A stretch of DNA of 64,000 bases from Entomortierella parvispora E1425 (GCA_020891255.1 BQFW01000009.1:1302001-1366000), one strand, 5' to 3'; numbered from the stretch's first letter, positions 1-14,071 are shown. Numbers and translations are program-made. The notes: generated by a model from the sequence alone, not told the origin.

Positions 1-261
1 GCTGGATTAAAAAAAAATAAAAAAAAAAGGAACCTGTCAGATGGCGAGAAACCGCTAATGCTCCCATGTGGGCCCAACTTTCTTTCATGCATTGAGTTTC
101 TTTTTTTTTTCTTCTTTCCACTCCAAATACCTGCTGAGTCGCTGCAAGCGCTGCTGAAAGTTGTTGAAACCGGAAATGACCTTTTCGGTTTCTTTGTCCG
201 TCAGAGCCTTGGACATCAAGGCAGCAATGGCCTCGAGAAAGTTCTCCCAAGCGTTATCCAT
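1..261 (-). CDS. Unknown protein, 5' part only (gene runs off the left edge)
   Basis: Minus-strand ATG at 261 opens MDNAWENFLEAIAALMSKALTDKETEKVISGFNNFQQRLQRLS up to a GTATTT donor at 130. The intron has a CTGAC branch, a poly-T tract and a CAG acceptor at the window edge. Family not recognised. Confidence 0.5.
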
Positions 262-2816
262 CCTGATAACCGAATGAGTGTGTCAGTGTGCGGTAAAGAA
301 TGGGAGAAGGAAGGAGAATGTGATGAGAGGGAGGCGGGGAGATGGCGAGTCGAGCAATCCGTGGGCTTTCTTGGAGAGTCGTCTGCGCGTGATATTTCGG
401 TAGATTGAGTTCCCGCTCAAAGAGATGGTCGGCAGAAGCGGGTGGGTGGGCAGATGGAAATGGAGCCTAATGGAACCTCAGCTTGGGGGGAAGAGAGCAA
501 GCCGCTTCTTTTTTTTTCGACCCGAGGTAAGGGGGCGGGGAAGAGGGGGGGGAGGAGCAGACTACGTTGGAACGCAACAATGGGCGGTCCAAGAGTAAGT
601 CTGTGAAGGAACGGATGTGGAGAGAAGAGAGAAAGAGAGGCAAGGGAAAAGAGACAGGAAGAGACCCAGGCGAGCCAACAAATAGAAAGCGAGGGAGAAG
701 TGTGGGAGACGTCAATGCCGCCTCTCTTTCTGCCCGTTCCTCCAGTCCTCTCCCCAAGGAAACTCTCTTTCCTTTGGCCCAATGGGTCGAGGACGGGCCG
801 CGTTAAGGGGTGCTCCATGCTCTCCTGCATCTTCGTTACGTCTTTACGCAAGGGCAATTGACACGACTGTCACTCTCGCTTGCTCGTGGCCGTCATAGAG
901 GTCATCTGTGTACCATGCCCCCCAACATCAAAATGATGATCTCTTTCTGTACTTGGTGAAACTGAAAAGTAATAACGTTTATGGAGTGAACTCTTCAGAA
1001 GTCTGTCTGGAGTGACATGCCAGCGACTCGATTCTTTCTGGAGTCATGTCCACCTTTCCTATCTTTGCCAAGAAACTGTGCGGAAGTAATAGACCTAGGC
1101 GAGATGCAATGGCTGCGGGCGCCAGACAACAAAAGCAGGCACTACACGTGCATCGGTGGACCAAACGTGCACACAGCTGTCGCGTACCATGTGTCTGCCA
1201 AGACTCGGGATTTGTAGACTTTGAAGAACAGAATGGACATATCAATATATCGCCGGTTTCTTCCTCAGCGACGGAAACGTCCACAAATTGAAGAATGAAC
1301 TTGCTGTGGCTTTCCTTTGTCACTCGCGTCTCATTGCTCTCATCATTTCGGCCCAAAATTCCTTTATTTTCTTTCCAGAAAGTGTCGGCTCGTCTCTCAC
1401 GTCTCTCACCCCAGCACTCCTGGGCACCTGCCGTAGAACCATGTCTGCTCTCTTTCGTCCAATCTAGGAGTTCTTGACATTGAAAGTGTACAGGTTGGTG
1501 GCACGGTTCTGTCACGTGCTTGGTTCAAGCCCAGGGGTAGACCTGTGGTGGTGGTCTTCGCCCTCGATATAAACATTTTACCTATAGTGTCTGGCGATCT
1601 TTCCCGAGTTCTCCAAGCATGGACCGCGCCTTGCACAGAAGGATCCAATATCCGCATGTGAGTGGCAGCGACGATGATGAAGTAGAAGAGATCTTTCTCG
1701 ACCTCGCGTCCCCGTCTTGTATTTTAGTGGTGGCTTAGAGGACCACAACATCTGCACTGACTGCAGTTCCTACTTCTCCGTCGCGTCTTTTGTGTCGTCT
1801 ACGGCGACCCGGGTCCCTGATGTCTCTCTTGTTTACTTCGCGCTGTCGCATCGACTGTTGTCAAGCACTCCGCTCAATACACATCCTCCACACTACTCAC
1901 TACTAAGACTAGACACACAAACGCTGGCTGAAAGACAACATTTGTCAACATCAAGTTGGCGTGCTACCCACGCCATGTTTAGGCACAGTTGTTTCAACAC
2001 CAATATGCCAACGTGCCATCCATTCGCGACCCATGCACACTCACGGGATGGCTCTGTTTGTCTGATGCTCTGCTCCTCGTCTACGTGGAGTGCAGTTTTG
2101 CCATCCGGTTTTTCCTCTTTCTTTGCGCCATGCTTACCAGGTTTGGGGATCCCGAGTCAAGACAAAAAAGGCCTGGCCAGACCAAGCCGAAGGTCGACTC
2201 TTATTGACTTGCGTGTGAACAGCCTGTGAGGAAGGAAAGGGGAGAGTAATGAAGAGGACTCGGGCGCGGTCCATATTGGATCTGATAAGAGCAGCAAGAC
2301 AATGGGATGCAGCATGAGAGTTTTTGTTTGAGTGGAAAAGTGGACTCCAGCCAATCGGAGAATTTCTTTTCTTTGAAAATATTTTTTTTTTTGTGTTTTC
2401 TGTCACCGCCCTCGAGGAGCACAGAGAGGAAAGGCGCCATTCTGTACCTTCTTTGCTTCTTCTAGAACAAAGGAAACACACCCCGCCCTTGCTGACGAGC
2501 TCCTCAGGAAGGCTTTTTGTCTTGATCGGGGCACGAAGAGCTACGGCCTGACGCTATAAAGACCCAGGGGTCCCCGCGCAGTCTTCCCACTTTTTTTTCA
2601 CACACCATATCCTTCTTCAGCTCCCCCTGACACATTCTTTCACTCCCCCCCACCCCCAAACACCCACACCCTACCCTTTTTCACTCCAGTAAGCACTCAA
2701 CTCTCCATTATACCGAATACCGAAGACGAACAAGAGCAAAAAAACTTTGTTGGTCCATGAGATTAACATTCTCATTCCTTTCCATTTCCGCTTTCTCATT
2801 CCTAGAATCCATTACA

Positions 2817-3773
2817 ATGGCTCTTCTCTCTGTTGATCTCAAGGAAGGTACCAAGACCGTCCACGCCGAGGCCGAGCGCTCCAAGTTCGTCAAGTACTTC
2901 TTCAAGGGCGAGATTACCCCTGCCACTTACGGCCGCTTCCTCATCTCCCTTTACCAAGTCTACTCGTAAGGAATTCTTTTGTCAGATTTTTGGTCCCTGA
3001 AAATTAATTCATGACGACAACGTGCATGTTCCTACCATTGTTCCTGTCGTCCCCCCTTTTTTTTGCTGTGTACCACGCACGTACTGAACTTGTCACCCTC
3101 TTTTTTTTAAAAAAAATGCATCTATCTTAGTGCCCTCGAGAAGGCCTTGGAGGAGAACAAGGACAACGCCAACGTTCAGCTCCTCTACTTCCCCAAGGAG
3201 CTCGCCCGCAAGGAGGCTCTTGAGGAGGACCTCGAGTTCTTCAACGGCCCCGAGTGGCGCGAGATGCTCACCCCCGTCTCCCCTGCCCAGCAGGCTTACA
3301 TTGATGCCATTGAGCGTTGCTCCAAGACCAAGCCCGAGCTTTTGATCGCTCACTCCTATGTCCGTTACCTCGGAGATCTTTCCGGAGGACAGATCTTGGC
3401 CAAGAAGCTCCAAAAGTACAACGACTTGCCCGAGGGTAAGGGAGTTGCCTTTTACAGCTTTGACCAGATCGAGAACGCCACTGCCTTCAAGGACATGTAC
3501 CGTATCCGCCTGAACCAGGTCGAGGTCGATGAGGAGACCCACCAGGCCATTGTCCAAGAGTCTTGCCAGGCCTTCATCCGCAACATTGACATCTTCCAGG
3601 AGTTTGATCACGAGCTCGAGGGTCTCCCCTTGACCAAGAAGGAGCAGGAGGCTTTGGCTGCCGTCCCCATCGAGACCGCCGCTGCCGAGAGTACCGGTTT
3701 CTTGGCTTCCTTGGCTCCCTCCAACTTGATCAACTCTTTGGCCGTCGCCGTTGGCTTGAAGTCGAACGCTTAA
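2817..3773 (+). CDS. HMX1: Heme oxygenase (2 exons: 2817-2965, 3131-3773)
   Basis: DLKEGTKTVHAEAE (proximal His), AHSYVRYLGDLSGGQIL distal-helix motif; GT-AG intron joins in phase; strong codon bias. Confidence 0.95.
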
Positions 3774-3931
3774 AGACCAAGATAGTGTCGACCTGCATAT
3801 AACCCCCTACCCCTTTCGCATTGTAATATATTCCCCTCATTTTCAAAAAAAAAAAAAAAAAAAAAGTCCTTTCAATTATGAATGATTGTTGCAACATGTT
3901 TTTTTTATTCTTTTTCTTTTTGCAATTTGGA

Positions 3932-5028
3932 TCAATCCTTCTTTCCATGACGAGAACGACGGAACTCCTGCCACATCTCCCATTCGTACTTGGCAACGTC
4001 GTTGATTGTCTCTGTATCCCGAACATGGAGGCGACGAACCAGAGGTTGATCCAGCAACCACTCGAACAGTCCTGAGGATCGGAGGATACTATGGATAACC
4101 CAATAGTAGACCAGAGCAAATGCAACGCCACAGATGGCGCCTACACCGACTTGGAGCCAAGTGTGATAATAAAGGTGGACTCTAAAGAGAGAAAAGGGAA
4201 AAGGCACGTAAAAAGCGATTTGTCAGAATTAGTCCTGCCTTCAATATCCTGTCATGGGGCAGATCATCCTGTCTCCCTGTACCTGGAATAAATAACAAGC
4301 GCTGCCCAGACGACAGAGCCGATCGCAAAAATGTGTGGCAAGATAGATCCAGGTGTCACCTCCCTATGATGTAGTCGTGAGAAACAGAGTCAACAAACCG
4401 TCCATGCACTAGAGAGTGAAATGGAGGGGGGGGGGTCACCATGCTGTCGACATTTCCTTTTCACATACCTCCGATACATCAAAATGACGACATAGGTCGC
4501 AAAATAGGCCATGAATTGAGCATGGCTCGAGGGCATTCCATACCCGTCACCAAGAAATCCTGCAGGTGCAAAAATATTAGATCAGCCGTTAGAATCGCCG
4601 CAAGAGTTCCGACTGCAACGCGACTGAAGATTCGGCTGGAGTGCATCTTCACCTGTGGGTCGAGACTGTCTGACAAGTCGCTTCAAGACCAGGTTCAAAA
4701 GTTCATTCAGGAGTTGACCAGCCAACATGAGCGCGACTTTAATATCGCGTCCGTTGAGGATGATGCCTCCATAAGCACAAATGATCCAGAGAGGCGACAG
4801 GGTGGTATAGGCCATGATTTTAGAAAACAATCCATCATCCGTGTATTGGACATGAGAGAAGGTGAGTGAGGTCAGGTTGTCGAGCGTTGGCAGACCAGAT
4901 GAAGCGGACCGGATGTCGTCCATTACGGATTCCTGTCCTCCTGCTCCAGGAATGCGATCCAGTGCCGCCTTGGCTGCATCCATGGCCTTGCGGAGTCTGA
5001 GGGTAGATGATGATGCTGTGTCGGGCAT
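3932..5028 (-). CDS. CAX4: Dolichyl pyrophosphate phosphatase (PAP2 family, DOLPP1/CAX4-like), multi-exon
   Basis: LTSLTFSHVQY...LAGQLLNELLNLVLKRLVRQSRP and RVHLYYHTWLQVGVGA PAP2 motifs; C-terminal LLDQPLVRRLHVRD typical of DOLPP1. Start codon uncertain. Confidence 0.85.
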
Positions 5029-5497
5029 GGTGCAGTCTGTCGGCAGATGACTCGGGTGATGGATTCTGTCCTGCAAGGGGAACGTGATGAGGCAGCAAGA
5101 GGCGAAGCGAAGGAGAGAAGATTAGAAAATTAGAAAAAAAAAAAAAAAAAAAAAAAAAAGGGAGAGCCTGCTGGCACCTTTGGGGCACGAGGAAAAGAAA
5201 GGATCCCCTTTCCTGCCATGCGTGGCTGAATGCGCACAATCTCCCTGGAAACATATCCCCTCGTTCGTGCATGCCCTTGCCCTTGCTTTTCTCTCTTTTC
5301 TCTCTTTTCTCTGCTTCAGCATCCATCCATTCATAGACACGGCTCTCAAGGACGACCAAGGAGACGCTTTTTACAACTGACAACACCGGACTCTGCATTA
5401 TTGATTCTTGACCAGGACGCATCCACTGAAATCTGAACCCGGACCAATACGCGACCTTGAAGACCCGATCCATTTCAAAGCATTCAACCATTTTGGC

Positions 5498-6416
5498 ATG
5501 TCTACAAACTATACACCGCGCTGGGCACCACCATCAGAACCTCCACCAGACGATGCTGTTACTATTCCTATAGCTCTGCCGTCCCTCTCCTCTACCACCA
5601 GCACTGTTGTGGCTATGAATGGAAACCAAGGCTATAACAACAACAACAACTCGGCTGACGTAAAATACAGTCTCGACCTTGGCTCTGGACCCAATTCACA
5701 TCCAAATCCCCACTCGCCTCCCTCTTCGCCAGGAGCTACACCGAAGTACCCAATGTATTCATATACGCATCCAGGACCCAATCGAGTGCCTGGTTCGATG
5801 GCCTCGCCTCCAAATGGATTAAGGCAAGGCCAGAATGACGGAAACGGAGGACCGCTGTCATCAGAAGCACCTACAGGAACACCGCTGTGCATCATCCGCG
5901 TCAGTCGAGACCACAATAACGCTGACGAGGCTACACGATTCGAATGTGAACAGTTCCCAGAAGAGTTCCTTGGAAGGGTATGAGAACATCAACATGGAAA
6001 ATCAAAGAATATTCACTTTCGAACATAAAGCTAACCGTTGCAGAGGACTTTCTGGCTGTATAGATGACCCGCGCTCAATTCAAAAGTTCTGTGGAAGGAA
6101 TCAACGCATGCATGGAGGACGCCGAGCGACCGCTTCTCAATTGTTTAGATACACTCCTGGATTGTTTAACTGCATATACAGCCAAGCATTGCTGCGGGAC
6201 CCATTATCAACGAGCCATTCGAAGGATGGAAGAATATATCGACCAAGAGAACCGTAGACTATATCACCCAGCTCGGATGCATCTCCGAGACCCTCAGAAA
6301 GTTGGAATGATCTATGTAAGGTTCTTGCGAGTGATCATATGGAAGCTTGCATTTATTTCTTATTTTCTGACCTATTCATCCTTTTCTTGATGTAGCTCGA
6401 ATTTGAACTTCACTAA
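5498..6416 (+). CDS. Golgin A7/Erf4-family Ras palmitoyltransferase accessory subunit (3 exons)
   Basis: Pro-rich N-terminus, then IIRVSRD...RFECEQFPEEFLGR|MTRAQFKSSVEGIN...LDCLT...YIDQENRRLYHPARMHLRDPQKVGMIY|LEFELH, matching the Erf4 pattern. Confidence 0.8.
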
Positions 6417-6546
6417 ACCTAGAGCGTTGCCGACGATGCACTCGCCATTTTTGTAACTGTCAGTCAGGGACTCTGATACACCATTTATACCCCATTGTAA
6501 TAAAATTTGTCCTAAATCAACAAGCTGCCCTTTCTTGCTTTTTGGA

Positions 6547-7712
6547 CTAATTCAAGTCTGCTGCGGTCAAGACAATGGGCGAAGGAGAAATCAGGTTCTC
6601 CTTCCCGTCAAAAAGCAGCTGGAGCTGCTCATTGTTCAATAGATCGTCTTGAGGGTATGGATGAATTCTCACAGCTGAGCTGTCGCTGTTGATGATTGGT
6701 TCATCTGCAGCCCGGATATAAATGTCCATGGCCGTCGAATTGTGCACTTGTAGCTACGGCCACATTGGGTACATTAGGTTGGTTTTATTGTCGATATTGA
6801 AGAAAGGGGAAAAGGTAGAGTGTCGGATTAATGGTCCAGCATCAAAGTATCGCTTTGACTTCCTTTTCCAATAGGATCAATAGCGTCGCTGACGCTTTCG
6901 GGACTCATTTACCTCGTGGCAAGCACCGAACAGGGTGGATCCAACACAGCCGTGAAGTAGAATATTGCCAGTGATCGGAGGGACCACAACCAAACATCGC
7001 TTCAGGTTCTTGACATAGATGTTTCCCAATGAGATTGACCCTGGGATCAAGTTGACGGTGCACCCTGTCAAATGTGTAAGATGGACATCTCGGACTGATC
7101 GCAAGGGTGAGGAGGGCGGCGAGATATCCATGGGCGAAGGAGTAGGATATAAATCAATGGATAGGTGTGTGTCTGTTTGACCGTTGAAGACTAGTCGGGA
7201 GCTGGTGTCATCTACAGCCATGGAGCTATCTGTTTTTGCGACAGTTAGATTGGAAGGTGAGTCGGGCTCCGTGGTGTTCGAGGATGGGTTTGCAGAGGAT
7301 GATGCGTTACTGGTGAGCATGGCACGCGCCTTGAACCTGAACTTTGGTTTAGGGACGAGTTGGGCTCGAAGAACATTCAATTGGTCCGCCAAAGCTCTCA
7401 CTTCCTGAATGGATAAGAAAGACAGACGAGTGAGCCGAGTAGATCCCGAAGAGTCCCACCTGCGGTCAAATATCCTTGTCAGTGTGAATATACTATACCA
7501 AAGTACAGACTCGAATGATGGACGATGGTTGGGTTGGGATCTGTTCTTTGACAAGGTTTTGCAGACCATTGATACGTTGGTTCAGCTCATTGACCCTGTC
7601 AAGGACCTTGTCTTTGGGAACACGCGAAAGCCCTTCCAGGCAGCGTTCAATGTCTATACGCAATGCCGATCGGTGGATTAAACATGTTTGAAGAAACTGG
7701 TTAGGTTTTCTG
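6547..7712 (-). CDS. TBCC: Tubulin-binding cofactor C; first exon unresolved
   Basis: N-terminal helical part (IERCLEGL...LNQRINGLQNLVKEQ...LRAQLVPKPKFRFK) and beta-helix C-terminus (VHLTHLTGCTVNL...IYVKNLKRCLVVVPPITGNILLHGC...ACHE|FRMHNSTAMDIYI...PII). Confidence 0.8.
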
Positions 7713-8966
7713 CAAACAAAAAAAAATATAAGGCGGCACTTTTGAGCCTCAGGGTGTCCTTCGATCCATCAAGACTGCACCTCTCCGTTCTGGTGCAATG
7801 GACGATTGCAAGTCGTTTTCTGGGTTGATTTTTTTCATGGCGGATGAGGGAAGAGATTGAGCGTGGAAAGCAGAGGGTTGCTCTACGAGGGGTTACAGAA
7901 GCAGAATGTTATATACCGATCGAAGGGGGAAAAGCGCGGTCTCTTTCATCGGAGAAAAATTGAGTTTGGATTTGGTGGCGCACCGCAGTTTGAGCGACTG
8001 GACATACATGCTGCTCAAGGATGGAGACGTTCTTTGTGCGGCCCGCTTGCGCCTCTCGTCTGCTCCAACGTCGGTGCTGCCAGACATAGGGTGTCGTTTG
8101 TGTCTATTAAGTGAGTACGCGCGTACCTCAAGTGGATGTAATTGATTCCTTTAGTGCTCCTACTTAAAGATTGTCATTGCCATCAAATTGGACTCTTCCC
8201 CCTGCTCAGTCCTGCTGATCGCCCGTTTCCCACGGCCATAAAGAAGACAACAAAGGGTTGAGGTTGACGACAGTTTGGGCATCACGAGAATGATCGACTT
8301 CACCACAACCAAAACTGCGTCTTGCTGCCATCATCCGTCTGCGTGCAGCAAATATGAGGGGAACTAATCCCTGACCAGCTGTTTTTGCCAGGTCCCAGCT
8401 TGCGTAAGATTGAGGTCCCGGAACCCACATGTCAGCGACCTCCGTCCACCACAGCAGTGAATGTACCTCTGGTAGACTACAGAGCACACACGACTCCGAC
8501 AGCGTGCAGCAGCTGAAGGGTGCTGTAGCTGGCCGTCTCCCGTCTCTCCACGTTTGTTCCCACCACGACGATTCAAATTTGGCTCCGATCGGGAAAGGCA
8601 AAAAAAAAAAGTAAAAAAAGTAAAAAAAGAGTGACTGCTTCGCCCTCTGACCGGTTTGTGGGTGCACAAAACGAGTGGGGGAGAGCAAGAAGGTCTTCGA
8701 AGGAAAGGGCCCCGATGCCGTGTTCTTCATCTTCCTCATCCTTCATCTCCCTTCATCTGCATCTGCATTGGCATCCATTTCATCCCTTCATCCCTTCACT
8801 TCATCATCACTGAACTAGCTCCAATCACCGTTGAATGTACGTGGCACAGGATGCACCCGATCAGAATTTCAATTGAATGTGAAACTTACCTCGAACCATG
8901 CAACTTTTTTTTCTTGTCTTCTTTAGCGAGTCAAGACAGCACCCTCCCCATCCCCCATTTCAAATC

Positions 8967-10638
8967 ATGAACAGCGAACCGCCAGAGGAAGCCAACGCCT
9001 TCTGGGCCCAAAAGTCTGCGCTTGAGCAGGTAAAGCGAACCGCCGAATGATTGCCAAGAGTTCCCTCTGCTTTTTCTTTGGCACACACTCTTTGTTCTTG
9101 TGCATGTTGGGGAGGGCAATGAAACGAACCCCATCGAAAAAAAGAAAAAAAACTCGAATCGGGAACACAAAGAAAGGGAGTGCACCCAAAGTCTGCATCT
9201 TGTTGCAAAGCGAGGCATCAGGACAGCCACCACCGACAACCTGGCAGAGAGCGGGTGGATTCATCTTTGAGGAGCAGGGGCATGCCAGGAAGATCAGCGC
9301 ACACTCATACCAGTGACAGACGAGACGCACGTTCGACGTTGCCTCTCCACGGCTGCATTTTGAATGTTTGGTCAGCAAAAAAAAATAACCGCTGGGCCGT
9401 TGGAAGGATGCCCTTTGTTCTTTTTGGCTCTCGGCGGATAAACACCGTGAGAGGGCCATCTAGACCACAAACAGGAACAGGATTCGATGGCCCTGTCGTG
9501 GACAAAAGCTTTCCTGCCAAAGTGGGAGCAGATGAAGTTACTATCAAGCCTGGTGGTGGCCGCAATAGAGTTGCTGATCTTTTTCTTTCTTGTTCGTTTA
9601 TCTCTTCCCTATCAGCGCTACCAAGTCATCTTGGACAGAGTGACCCCACTCACAACAGAACGATGGGCATTTACGGGAGCGGCACTCTTTTTTTACTTTG
9701 TCCGAGTGTATTTTGCTCAGGGCTGGTACATTGTCACTTATGCACTCGGCATCTACCTCCTGAATCTGTTCCTGGCGTTCTTGCAGCCAAAGTTCGACCC
9801 CTCGCTCGAGGCTGCTGATACTGCGGAAGAAGGTGGACCCATGTTGCCCACGCGCTCGGATGATGAGTTTAAGCCATTCGTCAGGAGGCTACCTGAGTTC
9901 AAGGCCTGGTAAGATCATCCTACTCTCTAGCAATCAAATCCTATCTACAGGAATACAGAGGTGTCAATGGATGAACAGGATCAATACCATTTGGAACCCA
10001 CCAAAACGTCTTGAGCTTGACGCCCCTGGACACTATCTCCGAGTCAGGAGCTTCGCAGGAGATACAGGACACTGTTGGAGTGAGCCAGAGCTGTGCAAAT
10101 GCAACAGAAAATGCTTCAGGATCAGGTCATGGGGACGCTATTGAGCCTCCTCTATCCATCGTGGGGGAGCGATAGGTGGAGGGACCTTCATTTGCCTTGC
10201 AAAGATCCACCTTTGTGCAATTGCGTACCTTTCGACTTGGGCTCCCATTGTTCTCGCCAGATACATTAATCTTTTCCACGACACACAACCCATGGATGTA
10301 CAACCTAATCAATGTGGAGTACAGAAATGGCAACGGCGTGAGGGCACCAAAGATAGAGATGGCGCAGATCTGAAGAAACGAAAGAGATGGGAGACTAACT
10401 ACTTTTCTTCCTCTCTGCATTGTCCAACAGGCACTCTGCCACGAAGGCAATATTGGTTGCGTTCTTTTGCACGTTGTTCCGAGTGTTTGACATTCCCGTG
10501 TTCTGGCCTATCCTTCTGGTTTACTTTTGCATCCTCTTCACCATCACTATGAAGCGACAGATTCGCCACATGATCAAGTATCGGTACATTCCCTTCAACA
10601 TTGGCAAGAAGAGCTATAGCAAGAGCGGCTACAAATAG
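8967..10638 (+). CDS. RER1: Rer1 ER-retrieval receptor (exons 8967-9029, 9616-9908, 10431-10638)
   Basis: [11 protein letters not shown]...[27 protein letters not shown]...[14 protein letters not shown]...[14 protein letters not shown]...[14 protein letters not shown]; exon phases consistent. Confidence 0.93.
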
Positions 10639-11648
10639 AGCACTCCCTGCCAGCCCGGTCGATTTCTCTCTTACCCTCTCTCTCACCACTATGACAACGT
10701 TTTCTGTCGTGGAGAAAAGTCCGGGATCCAGCCTCAACAAATTGTAAAAAAGAAAAAAAAAAGCCCTACTGACGGTGGATGAGGGGAACATCCGTCGATA
10801 TCTTCATAAAGTACAGAGTAATATTGTAGAACACGCGTTGCAAAATATAACCAGTCTTTGCCAACTTGGCTCTGAATCATAATACCATTCGGCCTAGAGT
10901 TTTGATACGCGTGCAGGACTAGACAGCCACACACCCCAGAGCACGGCGGTGCAGGGTTTATCACCGAGCCTGCAACGCTTGTTCCTACCACCGCCCTCGT
11001 GCGCAGGCAGGGGAACAACCTTTTTCACAAACACAGGATTTGTACTTCCGATCACGACCATCTTTTTTGAGCAATCTTTTTTCGTCTTCCTTCGATCCTC
11101 GGTAGACTGACGACAAAACTGCTCACTCGGTCTTTTGTCTTTCGTCAGCCGCTTGCTTTGTTTGTTTTTTTAGGGAATCAGTTACTGCACCTCGCCAGGA
11201 GCAGGCGGGTGGAGTGGCTCTATTTGTAGTTTTGAGTCCTGCTCCCTTACCTTTCTCCGGTCGCGTCTTTCCCGGTTATCGCGCGGACCTTTGTCTCATT
11301 TCATTACTCTCGGTCCATAGCTTATTTTGTTTCTTTTTTTTTTACTTCGGGTCCTCAAAACAGAGGAGAGCGCACGTCAACGTGCATCTTGGTTCAGAAA
11401 GACAAGCAGAGACCCCGCCTTTCCGGCCCCCATGCTTGCTCTCAATCCTCTTTCTTATTTTCTCGGGCAAAGCCCTCGTGTCTTACCTGGGAACGGTACC
11501 TGATTCCAGAGTCTCATACAAATACTGTCCAACTTTTCCCGAGGGCCCGCTGCCTTTAGCTAGTTCCCTTTCTTTTTCTTTCACTCTCTCATCCTTCTCC
11601 GTCCTCCTTCTCCCCACATATCCCCCCACCTTTCTCCCCTGAACAGCA

Positions 11649-14071
11649 ATGTCCTTCAAAACAGAGCATCCAAACCTAACAGCCATCGGCGACTATGTCT
11701 CGCATCTCGGACACAGGCTCACTCACCTCTTGGGTCGAGAGACGTGTGAAAGCGAACAAGAGGTTGTCCAGGTCGTCGACCGCGAAATCATTGATCCCCT
11801 TCTCGATGGTGAGGACTTGCTCGAGGACGCAGCGATCGAGGCTGCTCGACAGGAATACGAATTCATTCAGCCTTCCACCCTCTTCAAATGTGGACCCATC
11901 CTCCGTTTCCAAGATATCAATGTCAAACACCGCCGCTGGATTGGTTCGGCCCTTATCGTCACGGATAAGGAAGAGAAGCCCCCAAGACTCTGCCTTCGCG
12001 ACCCTGTCAAGGGTCGAATTGGCTACTCTGTCCCTCGCCTGTTGGACACCTGGGAGGGCAACCACTTTTACAGATACGAGATTCAATTGGCGATGATGAG
12101 CCACCGTATGAAGAAGATTGAGTATTGGTTTGAGGAATCAGTCATCGGCGAGTCTGGTCAAAGACCTGAGGGATACCATCGCCAAAAGTGGAACTTTCAT
12201 GTGCCGGCATTGGAGGAAGGCCACAATTGGGCATTTTACTCTTGTAACGGTTTTACGTCCGATGTAGAGGATCCCGAGACCAACTTTCATGGCGCGAACC
12301 CATTGTGGGATGACTTGATGATGGTGCACGATCATCGCCCCTTCCATACCATGGTGGGAGGAGGTGATCAGATCTACAACGACGATGTCTTGGCCACTCC
12401 CGAGATGGCCGAGTGGCTGGCAATGAAAAGCGATGCCAGAGTTGCGACAGAATTCAACAACGAGAAGAAGTACGCAGTCGAAAAGTACTACTTTGAGCAC
12501 TATGTCCAACACTTCACCACCGGCACTTATTCCAAAGCCCTTTCGCTGATTCCTTCTGTCAACACTTGGGATGATCACGATATCTTGGACGGATATGGAT
12601 CATACCCACCACACTACCAATTGTGCCCGGTCATGCAAGGTAAGCACAAAATACAACCCCCTCCTATTTTCAGCCAAATCGAAAACTGAATGGCGCGTGG
12701 GTCTCTCCATCGTTACTGTCTCCCCCAGAGAGCCCATCCAGCAACAATCTCCCTGTTTGATCTCGCTTGGTTACTTTGCCCATTTTCTTTTTTTGACAGG
12801 ATCAAAAAAAAAAAGTCGCGTAGTTTCAATTATTTTCCCATGGTGGGTCTCACATCAATTGCTCACGCTGCCTCTTTTTTTCTTTCTTCTTTGTACCTTT
12901 CTCATTACCGCGGAACTCAAAGGCATCGGCGCGGCGGCTGCTCGCTTCTACCTCCTGTTCCAACAACATGCCAATGCCTACACAGCCCCACAGGCTGGAC
13001 TCTTGACCTCAGCCTCTGGCAAGGGCTGGAACTGCATCACCCATCTCGGCCCCCGTACCTTGGTGGTCTTGCCTGATACCCGATCGGAGCGTTCCAAGGA
13101 GACCATTCTCTCGAACGAGACGTTTGCCTTGTTGGAAGAAGAGATCAACCGCCGTCTTTTGCCCACCACAGACCATTTGGTCATTGTCCTCGGAACTCCT
13201 CTTGTCTACCCAGCATTGACCCTGTTCGAGAACACATTGGAAAAGATGGGCGATAAACTTTCTCGAGGCAGTGTCATTGGCAAGATCTTTGGCAAGTGCA
13301 AAGCATTTGAGAACGTCTTGGGCCAATTCGGACCCGAACTGTTGGATGATCTGGTCGATTCTTGGGCGTGCACAGTTCACACGGAAGAGAAAAGACGCTT
13401 GGTGGAGATGTTGCAGTCGATCGCTATCCAGCGTAAGGTGCGCGTTACTTTTGTTGGTGGAGATGTAAGTAGTGAAATTGTCCCTGTTTTTTTTTTTTTT
13501 TTTTTTTTTTTTTGCTAATGATGATGATAACGAGAGATGACATCGAACTAATTCAATGACAACCTTTTTCTTAGGTGCATGTTGGAGGAGCCGGTCGTCT
13601 TTTCGGAACTGAGAGTAAAGACAGACGGACGGATCCCTATGATATGGTTCAAGTCGTTTCTTCGGCCATTGTCAAGTAAGCCCATGCCCTTTCAGTCCCT
13701 GTCCGCTCGTGTTATTGCTGATTTTTTTTTAGTCCTTTATTTTTCTCACCTTCCATGTTTTGCTTTATCTTTCTAATATCAGTGGGCCACCCCCTGGAGC
13801 TGTTATCTCTATGCTCCACACTGCCGCCAAGACCTACCCCTTGAACGAACACACTTCGGAGCAAATGATCGATATCTTCCACCAGGATGTAGATGGCACC
13901 AAGCTCGAGTACAAGAAATTGTTGAACCGTCGTAACTGGTGCGCGGTGCGCGAGCAGTTGCAGGACCAACAGATCAAGTTCACGCTCAGAGTCGAGAACT
14001 TGAACCATGTGGGTGTCCAGAAATACCCCATCCTCGTCGACAAGCTCCACACCACTCCCATTGAAGAATAA
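11649..14071 (+). CDS. Fungal PhoD-related metallophosphatase-fold protein, multi-exon
   Basis: FYSCNGF, MVGGGDQIYND, WDDHDILDGYGSYP, GGDVHVGG and QVVSSAIV motifs of the PhoD-like family; GT-AG introns near 12640, 13466 and 13676. Confidence 0.85.

Noticed and set aside
979-1660. Cys-rich minus-strand ORF (ICPFC...HRCTCSACFCC) as a RING/IBR zinc finger
   Set aside because: Cys spacing does not fit IBR or RING cleanly, no consistent upstream exon chain was found, and competing ORFs exist on the plus strand. Left unresolved.
7857-8740. Several overlapping 60-180 aa ORFs between TBCC and RER1
   Set aside because: No recognisable motifs or codon bias; probably promoter/UTR sequence.
9487-9615. 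ORF-track start [10 protein letters not shown] as the RER1 N-terminus
   Set aside because: It lies in intron 1; exon 8967-9029 ([21 protein letters not shown]) splices in phase to 9616.
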